Shown here: in pieces, positions 47,777-55,364 of the stretch
Layout: the number at the start of each line of letters is the position of its first letter
Position numbering within the stretch: position 1 is the first letter of the stretch
Assembly: GCA_039638295.1 (NCBI GenBank)
Contig: JBDIWJ010000004.1
Location: forward strand, 8,874-72,873
DNA: 64,000 nt
Reading direction: 5' to 3'
From: Candidatus Phoenicimicrobium oleiphilum
Lineage (GTDB): Bacteria > Atribacterota > Phoenicimicrobiia > Phoenicimicrobiales > Phoenicimicrobiaceae
Position numbers and translations under genes: made by a program
The notes under the pieces: generated by a model
What the model was told of the DNA's origin: nothing
The model's input: the letters and a program-made list of their open reading frames with translations, nothing else
Database searches by the model: none

Positions 47777-49552
47777 GTGAGATTTTCATCTGAGTTATTG
47801 GAAGAAATTAGAAATCGATGCGATATTGTAGATATAATTTCTGGATATGTTCCTTTAAAACCTGCGGGAAAGGGATTTAAAGGGCTGTGCCCTTTTCATG
47901 AAGAGAAGACTCCCTCATTTATGGTTAGCCCTGAAAAACAGTTGTTTCACTGTTTTGGATGTGGCGAGGGAGGTAATGTTTTTAATTTTATTATGAAGTT
48001 TGAAAAGGTTGAATTTTACGAAGCAGTAAAGATGCTGGCTAAAAAAGCTGGGGTAACCTTGCCATCAGATGATAAGAAAGGAAATCTTCTTTACAAACAA
48101 AAAGATCGCTTATATAAATTAAATAATTTGGCAGCTAAATATTATCAAGAATGCTTAGCCCGAACTTTTCAGGGGAAAAAAATAAAAAACTATCTTAAAA
48201 AAAGAGGAATTAATGACAAGACTGTCGAAAAGTATAGATTAGGTTATGCTCCTGCCGGAGGGAATTTATTAATAAATTTTTTAAAGAAAAAAGGTTATTC
48301 CTACGAAAACCTAATTAAAGCAGGACTTGTCAAAAGGAGTAATATAGACGGTAGTTATCTTGATTATTTTAGAAATAGGATAATTTTCCCCATTTTTAAT
48401 GTACAGGGGAATATAGTGGGTTTCGGAGGTAGGGTCTTAGATGATTCTTTGCCCAAATATATAAATTCTCCTGAAACATTAATTTATAATAAAGGAGAAA
48501 ATTTATATAACTTAAATTTTGCCAGGGAAGATATTCGAAAAAAGAATGAGGCAATTATTGTAGAAGGTTATACTGATATCTTAATTGTTCAACAATATGG
48601 ATGCACTAATACAGTAGCATCTCTGGGGACTGCTTTAACTATAAAACAGATAGAGTTAATAAAACGTTTTGCAGATAATGTTTTAATTGCTTATGATGCA
48701 GATTCTGCTGGCAATCTGGCTACTCTTAGAAGCCTTGATTTACTTATAAAGACCGGCCTTGGGGTTAAGGTGATAGTTTTACCTCAGGGTTATGACCCCG
48801 CAGATTTTTTAATTAAAAAGGGGAGCAAGGCTTTTCAATTTTTAATTGAGAAATCCTTATCCCTGATAGATTATAGATTAAAACTTTTATATGCAAAATA
48901 TAATACCAGCACTATTGAAGGAAGGGTAAAAATCATTGAGGAAATTTTACCCACTTTGAGTGTAATAGATAATGAAGTTGAACTGAGGGCTCAGATTAAA
49001 AAATTATCTGAAGAACTAAATTTATCTGAAGAAGCAATATTAATTGAATTAAAAAAATATAAAAGAGGGGCAAAAGAATTTACTTATAATTTTATCAGGC
49101 CAGATTCTGAACCAGGAAATGTGGTTGCAGAAAAAATTCTTATTGGATCTATGTTGGGGGATGTGGAAATTGCTCAAAAGGTGCTAAAAGACTTAAGAGA
49201 GGAAGATTTTACGGTTTTATTGCATCGCCAAATTGTATCAGCCATTGAAAGTCTTTTAAGGGATAATAATGGGTTAGATCCCCAAAAAGTGATTGATTAT
49301 TTAGATGATGATAAGGCAGCGAAATTAATTTCCAGAATATTAATGGAAAATAATATAACTTTTAATGAAAAAGTAATTTTTGGGTGCATAGATACTATAA
49401 AAAATTATAAATTAACTCAAGAGATAAAAGAACTTGAAAAAAGGGCAAAAATGCTTGATGAAAAAATAAAAAATTCTGAAAAAATAGAAGAAAATGATTT
49501 AAAGGAATTAGGAAAAATTGTCAAACAATTAAAAACTCGAAATGTTAATTAA
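47777..49552 (+). CDS. dnaG: DNA primase
   Basis: 591 aa with the zinc-binding motif CPFHEEKTPSF...FHCFGCGEGGN and a TOPRIM domain (EGYTD...DAD.AG). GTG start after AAGGAG. Confidence 0.9.
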   Translation: MRFSSELLEEIRNRCDIVDIISGYVPLKPAGKGFKGLCPFHEEKTPSFMVSPEKQLFHCFGCGEGGNVFNFIMKFEKVEFYEAVKMLAKKAGVTLPSDDKKGNLLYKQKDRLYKLNNLAAKYYQECLARTFQGKKIKNYLKKRGINDKTVEKYRLGYAPAGGNLLINFLKKKGYSYENLIKAGLVKRSNIDGSYLDYFRNRIIFPIFNVQGNIVGFGGRVLDDSLPKYINSPETLIYNKGENLYNLNFAREDIRKKNEAIIVEGYTDILIVQQYGCTNTVASLGTALTIKQIELIKRFADNVLIAYDADSAGNLATLRSLDLLIKTGLGVKVIVLPQGYDPADFLIKKGSKAFQFLIEKSLSLIDYRLKLLYAKYNTSTIEGRVKIIEEILPTLSVIDNEVELRAQIKKLSEELNLSEEAILIELKKYKRGAKEFTYNFIRPDSEPGNVVAEKILIGSMLGDVEIAQKVLKDLREEDFTVLLHRQIVSAIESLLRDNNGLDPQKVIDYLDDDKAAKLISRILMENNITFNEKVIFGCIDTIKNYKLTQEIKELEKRAKMLDEKIKNSEKIEENDLKELGKIVKQLKTRNVN

Positions 49553-49618
49553 TTTTTAGTGTTTTATGTTAAATCAAAAAAGTACTTTTACTTTTTAAGA
49601 AGGAAGGCTTGAGAATAA

Positions 49619-50725
49619 ATGGGAAGAAAGAGAATAATCGAAGAATTAATTAAAACAGGTAAGGAGCAGGGTTATTTAACTTATAAAGAAATAGAAAAAT
49701 TTTTAGCAGATGATATTGTAAATTTAGATAAAATTGAATATTTATATGATAAGCTAAGTGAGTCCGGGATTGAGATAGTGGAAAGTGATGAAGAAGGCTC
49801 TATGTTGTTGAAAGAAAAAAATATTGAGGAGAAAGAAAGACCAGGTTCCATTTCAAAAGAGGAAATGGATTTAGAAGCAGAATTAGCTAAAGAAATAGAA
49901 TTAGACGATCCGGTAAAAATGTATTTAAAAGAAATAGGGAAGATAAAACTCTTAACTGCCGAGGAAGAAATAGAATTAGCTAAAAGGATGAAAAAGGGAG
50001 ATCACAAGGCTAAAAAGAGATTGGTGGAAGCAAATTTGAGATTAGTAGTAAGTATTGCTAAGCGATATGTAGGAAGAGGAATGTTGTTTTTAGATCTTAT
50101 CCAGGAAGGCAATATGGGCCTAATAAGAGCAGTAGAAAAATTTGACTACAAAAAAGGATATAAGTTTAGTACTTATGCTACCTGGTGGATTAGACAGGCA
50201 ATTACTCGAGCTATAGCTGATCAAGCAAGAACCATTCGAGTACCTGTTCATATGGTTGAAACTATTAATAAACTAGTACGGGTATCGCGTCAGCTTTTAC
50301 AGGAATTAGGACGAGAACCCACAACCAGTGAAATAGCTGAACGGATGGAAATAAGCGAAGATAAAGTGAGGGAAATATTGAAGACTGCCCAGGAGCCTGT
50401 TTCCTTAGAAACTCCAATAGGCAAAGAAGAAGACAGCCATTTAGGAGATTTCATCGAGGATAAGGATTCACCTGCTCCTCCCAAAATTGCTTCTAATACT
50501 CTTTTAAAAGAGCAATTAAATGAAGTATTAAGTACTTTAACCTATCGCGAGAAAAGGGTATTAGAATTAAGATTTGGGATTGCTACTGGCCATCCCCATA
50601 CCCTTGAGGAAGTAGGTAAAGAATTTGGAGTAACCAGAGAGAGAATTCGTCAGATTGAAGCGAAAGCATTGAGGAAACTAAGATATCCGACACGAAGCAA
50701 AAAATTGAGAGATTATTTAGAATAA
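49619..50725 (+). CDS. rpoD: RNA polymerase primary sigma factor (sigma-70/SigA)
   Basis: 368 aa with region 2 ([39 protein letters not shown]), region 3, and region 4 ([20 protein letters not shown]). Confidence 0.9.
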   Translation: MGRKRIIEELIKTGKEQGYLTYKEIEKFLADDIVNLDKIEYLYDKLSESGIEIVESDEEGSMLLKEKNIEEKERPGSISKEEMDLEAELAKEIELDDPVKMYLKEIGKIKLLTAEEEIELAKRMKKGDHKAKKRLVEANLRLVVSIAKRYVGRGMLFLDLIQEGNMGLIRAVEKFDYKKGYKFSTYATWWIRQAITRAIADQARTIRVPVHMVETINKLVRVSRQLLQELGREPTTSEIAERMEISEDKVREILKTAQEPVSLETPIGKEEDSHLGDFIEDKDSPAPPKIASNTLLKEQLNEVLSTLTYREKRVLELRFGIATGHPHTLEEVGKEFGVTRERIRQIEAKALRKLRYPTRSKKLRDYLE

Positions 50726-50789
50726 ATAAAATCAAATACTATTTTATTTAAAAAATTCTCTAAAATATATTTTAAAATCTATAAAATTA

Positions 50790-50818
50790 TTGACTTGGGT
50801 AGGGTTTTTAGGTATAAT
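50790..50818 (+). promoter_or_regulatory. Sigma-70-type promoter of tRNA-Asn
   Basis: TTGACT, a 17-nt spacer, then TATAAT, ending 11 nt before the tRNA 5' end. Confidence 0.65.
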
Positions 50819-50829
50819 TACTTTGACCT

Positions 50830-50904
50830 TCCTCGGTAGCTCAACGGTGGAGCATCCGGCTGTTAACCGGAGGGTTGTAGGTTCGAATCCTACCCGGGGA
50901 GCCA
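50830..50904 (+). tRNA. tRNA-Asn (anticodon GTT)
   Basis: Hand-folded cloverleaf: acceptor TCCTCGG/CCGGGGA, D-stem GCTC/GAGC, anticodon stem TCCGG/CCGGA with loop CTGTTAA, T-arm GTAGG-TTCGAAT-CCTAC, and an encoded CCA. Confidence 0.85.
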
Positions 50905-50922
50905 TTTTTTATAAATCGAACT

Positions 50923-50965
50923 GGGAACTTTCGGAAAAGTTGACGGAAGTTCCCTTTTCTTTTTT
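50923..50965 (+). terminator. Terminator after tRNA-Asn
   Basis: GGGAACTT, a 16-nt loop, AAGTTCCC, then TTTTCTTTTTT. Confidence 0.65.
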
Positions 50966-51317
50966 ATACCCACCCACCCCGCAGTATCGGTGCTCGGACA
51001 CAAGCCACTATCGGCTGTCTTCCGTTGCCTGCGCTCCGAGCCTGCTTCCCTTGATCGGCTTCCTCAGACACATGCTTTCGTCAAGGTTTGTCTGCCTTTG
51101 GCAGACAAAGTTTTGTAAGTAAGGAAAGGAGAATTTTTTTATTTTCGGGGTTGACTCTCCACCTTTAATCAAAGAAGTACTTTTTAAAAATTGAAAAATC
51201 GGGAATCTCTAAACCCTTCCTCAGGCAGGCGTCTTCGTCAGCCTATGTTTTGACTTCATCAAAACAGAAAAAGGTATCTTCTCCCACCTACCATCCAAGA
51301 ATCAGAAATTCGATTTC

Positions 51318-51346
51318 TTGACAAATTTATTTTAGTACATTATTAT
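51318..51346 (+). promoter_or_regulatory. Sigma-70-type promoter upstream of the ArsR-family gene
   Basis: TTGACA, a 17-nt spacer, then TATTAT, 38 nt upstream of the ATG. Confidence 0.55.
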
Positions 51347-51383
51347 ACATTTTAGTAATAACTTAAATAAAAGAGGCTTATCA

Positions 51384-51734
51384 ATGACAGAATTAGTAAA
51401 TATCCTAAAGGCAATATCAGACGATACTCGTTACAGGCTTGTTAATCTTCTACTAAAGCATGATCTTTGCGTTAGTGCACTAGCTACACGTTTAAATATT
51501 TCTGAATCCGCCGTATCCCAACACCTGAAAATATTACGGGATGCAGGTATTGTAAAAGGGGACAAGAGGGGGTATTACACTCACTATTATGTAGACCGAG
51601 AGATATTAAAGCAAGCAGCTGGTCAGATGATTACATTGTCTGAAGTTCTTCCTATAAAAAATAAATGCTATCAAGGTTACTCAACAATCAATACACATCT
51701 CAGCAAGAAAGAGGCTAACCAACATGAGTTATGA
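51384..51734 (+). CDS. ArsR/SmtB family transcriptional regulator
   Basis: 116 aa with a winged HTH (LKAISDDTRYRLVNLL...CVSALATRLNISESAVSQHLKILRDAGIV). Confidence 0.85.
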   Translation: MTELVNILKAISDDTRYRLVNLLLKHDLCVSALATRLNISESAVSQHLKILRDAGIVKGDKRGYYTHYYVDREILKQAAGQMITLSEVLPIKNKCYQGYSTINTHLSKKEANQHEL

Positions 51735-51894
51735 TAACTGTAGGCATACGGAATACAGACTAAAAGATGGTAAATGTAGTGAAGAACAAATTAAAAAATG
51801 CCATGGGGAAAAAGAAGATCATCACTGTGATAGGGAAAAAAGGAATTGCAAAGGAACATTTAAATTTGAATATCTTGGAAGTAAGAAATCTTAG
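51724..51894 (+). CDS. Candidate small Cys/His-rich protein (56 aa): MSYDNCRHTEYRLKDGKCSEEQIKKCHGEKEDHHCDREKRNCKGTFKFEYLGSKKS
   Basis: The ATG overlaps the ArsR gene end, and SD AAAGAGG lies 9 nt upstream. It has 5 Cys and 4 His. It occupies the alternative frame of the lysine-rich N-terminal extension of the ABC ATPase ORF. It is not in the track because it is under 60 aa. Confidence 0.35.
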   Translation: MSYDNCRHTEYRLKDGKCSEEQIKKCHGEKEDHHCDREKRNCKGTFKFEYLGSKKS

Positions 51895-52837
51895 TAAAGA
51901 TTATGATGGATTTCATGCAGTCAAAGAGATAAGCTTTGCTCTTGGAAAGGGGGAAGTGTTTGGATTTTTGGGACCTAATGGCGCAGGCAAGACGACGACT
52001 ATCAATATGCTCACCGGGCTTGCCAAGCCGACTTCCGGTTCTATTGAAATAGCCGGAGAAGATGGAATAAAAGATATCAAAAAAGTACAGCAAATTATTG
52101 GTATTGTTCCTGACGAAAGCAATCTTTACGATGAAATGAATGGTTTTGATAATCTTGTTTTTTGTGCCTCTCTTTATGGGATGGATAAAAGGAAGAGAGA
52201 GAGAAGAGCACAAGAGTTGTTAAAGCAGTTTGGATTGGCCAATACCGGGAAAAAACTGTTTAAGGCTTATTCTAAAGGCATGAAGAGAAAATTGGTCATA
52301 GCTGCAGGTATTATTCATGAGCCACCTATTTTGTTTTTGGATGAACCTACAACCGGTATTGATGTAGAAACTGCCAGGCAGATTAGGAGATTGATACAAA
52401 CATTAAATGCTAATGGTACCACGATTTTTTTAACTACCCATTATATAGAAGAAGCTGAAAGGCTTTGTCATCGTGTAGGATTTATTGTGGAAGGCAGAGT
52501 GGTTAAGATTGGAAAAACAGTTGACTTGATGCAGGAAACACAACAAGCACATATCATTGAATTTACCCTGGAAAATGATGCAGATACTTTAAAGGAATCA
52601 TTCAGAAATGCTTTTCCTAATATTGATATCAATACTATTGATCATTTTCGCATCAGGATTAGTTCCCCGGAAAAGATTGATCTAATACCTTTTATTAAAT
52701 TTTTTGATGAGAAAAAGTGTCTGGTTCGTGAAGCAAAGATGATTCGCCCATCTCTGGAAGAGGTATTTGTCAAAGTGACCGGAATAGAAATAAACCGTAT
52801 GAAAAAGGAGAAGGAAAAGGGAGGCGAAAAAAAATGA
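51767..52837 (+). CDS. ABC transporter ATP-binding protein (ABC-2 exporter type)
   Basis: Walker A GPNGAGKTT, signature YSKGMKRK and Walker B LFLDEPTTGID. The conserved domain begins at ILEVRNLSK, so the true start may be TTG 51866 or 51875 rather than 51767. Confidence 0.85.
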   Translation: MVNVVKNKLKNAMGKKKIITVIGKKGIAKEHLNLNILEVRNLSKDYDGFHAVKEISFALGKGEVFGFLGPNGAGKTTTINMLTGLAKPTSGSIEIAGEDGIKDIKKVQQIIGIVPDESNLYDEMNGFDNLVFCASLYGMDKRKRERRAQELLKQFGLANTGKKLFKAYSKGMKRKLVIAAGIIHEPPILFLDEPTTGIDVETARQIRRLIQTLNANGTTIFLTTHYIEEAERLCHRVGFIVEGRVVKIGKTVDLMQETQQAHIIEFTLENDADTLKESFRNAFPNIDINTIDHFRIRISSPEKIDLIPFIKFFDEKKCLVREAKMIRPSLEEVFVKVTGIEINRMKKEKEKGGEKK

Positions 52838-53568
52838 AGAAATGGATTGCCTTTTGGAGTATCTTAATGAAGGATATGAAGATGTACTATCTCAAACCGC
52901 CTAATATCAGTTGGGGGCTAATCTTTCCTTTTGCCTGGACCTTAATGTTTTTTGTACGTTCAGAAAAGGCTATCGATATCAGAGGCGTTCTTCCTGGGGT
53001 GATGTCTTTAGCGGTGCTTTTCGGGACAACTTCAATGCTGGCAGTCACCATTACTTTTGAAAGAAAAAGCAGATCTTTTGAACGACTTTTGCTTGCTCCG
53101 ATCAGTTTGAATCTCTTAATGTTGGCCAAAACCTCCGGCGCAATAATTTTTGGTATTTTAAATGCTATGTTTCCGGCTATTATTGCCTCTTTTGTGGTTG
53201 ATTTATCCGGTATCAATTGGTTTACTACCATTCTCAGTATCATTTTTATTGCCGTAACCTCAACTTTTCTGGGCTTATTTATTTCCGTATCGGTTAGTGA
53301 AGTATTTGAGGCACAAACCTTTTCTAATTTCGTCCGTTTCCCTATGATGTTTCTTTGCGATTTATTTATTCCTATTGAAAAGTTACCGGCAATAATACGT
53401 CCAATATCCTATGCCTTGCCCTTAACCCATGGTGCTGATATATTAAAAACCTCCATTAATGCCGATGGAATTATCCCTTCCTGGATTAGCTTTCTAGTAC
53501 TCATTGGTTATACCTTGGTTTTATTTTTAATGAGTATGCGTAATATTCAAAAGAGATGGATTTATTAA
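52834..53568 (+). CDS. ABC-2 type transporter permease
   Basis: 244 aa with six predicted TM helices. ATGA overlap with the ATPase gene. Confidence 0.8.
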   Translation: MKKWIAFWSILMKDMKMYYLKPPNISWGLIFPFAWTLMFFVRSEKAIDIRGVLPGVMSLAVLFGTTSMLAVTITFERKSRSFERLLLAPISLNLLMLAKTSGAIIFGILNAMFPAIIASFVVDLSGINWFTTILSIIFIAVTSTFLGLFISVSVSEVFEAQTFSNFVRFPMMFLCDLFIPIEKLPAIIRPISYALPLTHGADILKTSINADGIIPSWISFLVLIGYTLVLFLMSMRNIQKRWIY

Positions 53569-53586
53569 TAAAAAGGTGTCCTGTTC

Positions 53587-54699
53587 GTGAAGATTAAATC
53601 CTTTGAATTTAATTTAAGAGAACTAGCCGGATCCATGGGAGATTTCGGTACCCTTTTCCCTATGGCTATTGGATACATTGTAGTCTGTGGTCTCAATCCT
53701 GCTGGATTCCTTGTCATGATGGGCATTACCAATATTGTTACCGGTCTTATTTATCGGCTCCCTATGCCCATTGAACCCATGAAAATCATCGCTATTGTAG
53801 CAATAACTCAGCAATGGACCCCCTCCATGATATATGCTTCCGGATTCGGAATGGGAATCGTATGGATCACACTAGCAAGTACAGGCATTATTACTTGGAT
53901 TGCCAGAGTAACACCCAAACCGGTTATTAGAGGAATACAAGTTACGTTGGGAATACTGCTTGCGATTGAAGCATACAAAATGATTTCCACCTGGTGGATG
54001 ATCGGGATTATCTCAATACTTATTGTGTTATTACTACGCCAAAATCGCTATGCGCCTGCCGCTATTGTTTTAATGACTATTGGTATAGTAATTATGTTAT
54101 TTAAAGGACAGTTTGCTCAAATAAGCGCCCCAGTGTTCAGTTACCCAACTTTGACAAGTTTTTCTCTAACAGAAGTATGGCAGACACTATTATTAGCTGG
54201 TTTTACCCAGGTACCCTTGACAGCTACTAATGCTACTATTGCCACTTCCTCCCTCATCAAGGACTATTGGCCGGAAAGAAATGTAAGCGTAAGACAACTG
54301 GCTTGGAATCAAGGAACTATGAATGTTATTCTACCTTTTTTAGGAGGAATGCCTACCTGTCATGGTGCAGGAGGATTGGCTGGACAATATTATTTCGGGG
54401 CACGAACCGGAGGGACCAACATCATAGAGGGCTTGATTGAGATGGCTATGGGATTGTTTCTTTCAGCCTCTATCGCCAGTTTGTTTGCAGTATTCCCTAG
54501 GGCTATTATCGGAGCCATGATGTTTATGATAGGAATAGAACTTACCAAGTTTGTCAGAGATGTTCATTTAGGTAAAGATATAATTCCCATGATTGCTACT
54601 GTTTTTGTTGCCCTGGTTACCAATATGTTTTTTGGTTTTTTAGCCGGGCTTTTAGCTTATTATTTACTTCTATTACTTGTTACGGACAAAAAAGAATAA
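53587..54699 (+). CDS. MOT1-like / SulP-related putative molybdate-sulfate transporter
   Basis: 370-aa polytopic membrane ORF. The N-terminal ELAGSMGDFGTLFPMAIG and central CHGAGGLAGQYYFGARTG motifs resemble the MOT1-type molybdate transporter family (recalled, not searched). Confidence 0.6.
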   Translation: MKIKSFEFNLRELAGSMGDFGTLFPMAIGYIVVCGLNPAGFLVMMGITNIVTGLIYRLPMPIEPMKIIAIVAITQQWTPSMIYASGFGMGIVWITLASTGIITWIARVTPKPVIRGIQVTLGILLAIEAYKMISTWWMIGIISILIVLLLRQNRYAPAAIVLMTIGIVIMLFKGQFAQISAPVFSYPTLTSFSLTEVWQTLLLAGFTQVPLTATNATIATSSLIKDYWPERNVSVRQLAWNQGTMNVILPFLGGMPTCHGAGGLAGQYYFGARTGGTNIIEGLIEMAMGLFLSASIASLFAVFPRAIIGAMMFMIGIELTKFVRDVHLGKDIIPMIATVFVALVTNMFFGFLAGLLAYYLLLLLVTDKKE

Positions 54700-54895
54700 A
54701 AACATAAAACAACCCATTCCAAATATAAAATATTAACAATATCGTATTATTATTGATAGATACAATGAAAATAAAAAATTAGTCTTATCTTAGACAACTA
54801 TTTTGAATTAGGGGGAGAAAGTATAATCGATTATAAAACTACCAAAAAACTGCCAATCATTCCCAAAAAATATCATTGTGAATTGATATTGCATA

Positions 54896-54929
54896 TTGAC
54901 ATAAAGATTAACTTCTACTATAATAGTAG
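54896..54929 (+). promoter_or_regulatory. Promoter with overlapping palindromic operator upstream of the Rrf2 gene
   Basis: TTGACA (54896-54901), a 17-nt spacer, then TATAAT (54919-54924). A perfect 7-1-7 inverted repeat CTACTAT-A-ATAGTAG (54915-54929) covers the -10. Confidence 0.55.
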
Positions 54930-54952
54930 CAGTTAATTTGGAGGCATATTTC

Positions 54953-55363
54953 ATGAAGATTTTTACCAAAGATACCGACTATGCAATCCGGGCATTGCTT
55001 TTATTATCGACAGATAAAGATAATTTTCTTTCCACAAAAAAGATATCAGAGAGCCTGGTTATCCCTTATCATTTCTTGAGAGGGGTTTTAGGAAAATTAA
55101 TTCAACATGGATTGATTGAGTCTAAGGAAGGTATTTCGGGAGGTGTCCGCATAAAAAAGAATCCGGACGAAATACGCCTTACTGATTTAATCAAAATATA
55201 TCAAGGGGATTTTGAGTTATCTGATTGCATGTTCAGAAATAAAATATGCCCAAATCGCAGGACCTGTGTATTAAGAGAAGAAATAAAACGGATAGAAAAA
55301 ATAGTAGAAAAAGAATTTAAAAAATTAACTATAGGTAAATTATTAGAAAAAGTGATTGGTTGA
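54953..55363 (+). CDS. Rrf2 family transcriptional regulator (NsrR/IscR-like, three-Cys cluster site)
   Basis: N-terminal wHTH ([14 protein letters not shown]...SEKISESL) and three C-terminal Cys ([14 protein letters not shown]). ATG 54953 lies 8 nt after GGAGG. The track ORF opens at TTG 54938. Confidence 0.85.
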   Translation: MKIFTKDTDYAIRALLLLSTDKDNFLSTKKISESLVIPYHFLRGVLGKLIQHGLIESKEGISGGVRIKKNPDEIRLTDLIKIYQGDFELSDCMFRNKICPNRRTCVLREEIKRIEKIVEKEFKKLTIGKLLEKVIG

Positions 55364-55364
55364 T

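Noticed and set aside
50790-51122. 110-aa + strand ORF in the track.
   Set aside because: It reads straight through the tRNA-Asn gene and its terminator into the G+C-rich non-coding block. It has no SD and no protein-like sequence.
54700-54895. Possible small ORF or regulatory RNA between the MOT1-like gene and the Rrf2 promoter. An SD-like GGGGGAG lies at 54813.
   Set aside because: No ATG, GTG or TTG follows at a suitable distance. The open frame begins with ATA/ATC only and encodes low-complexity sequence.
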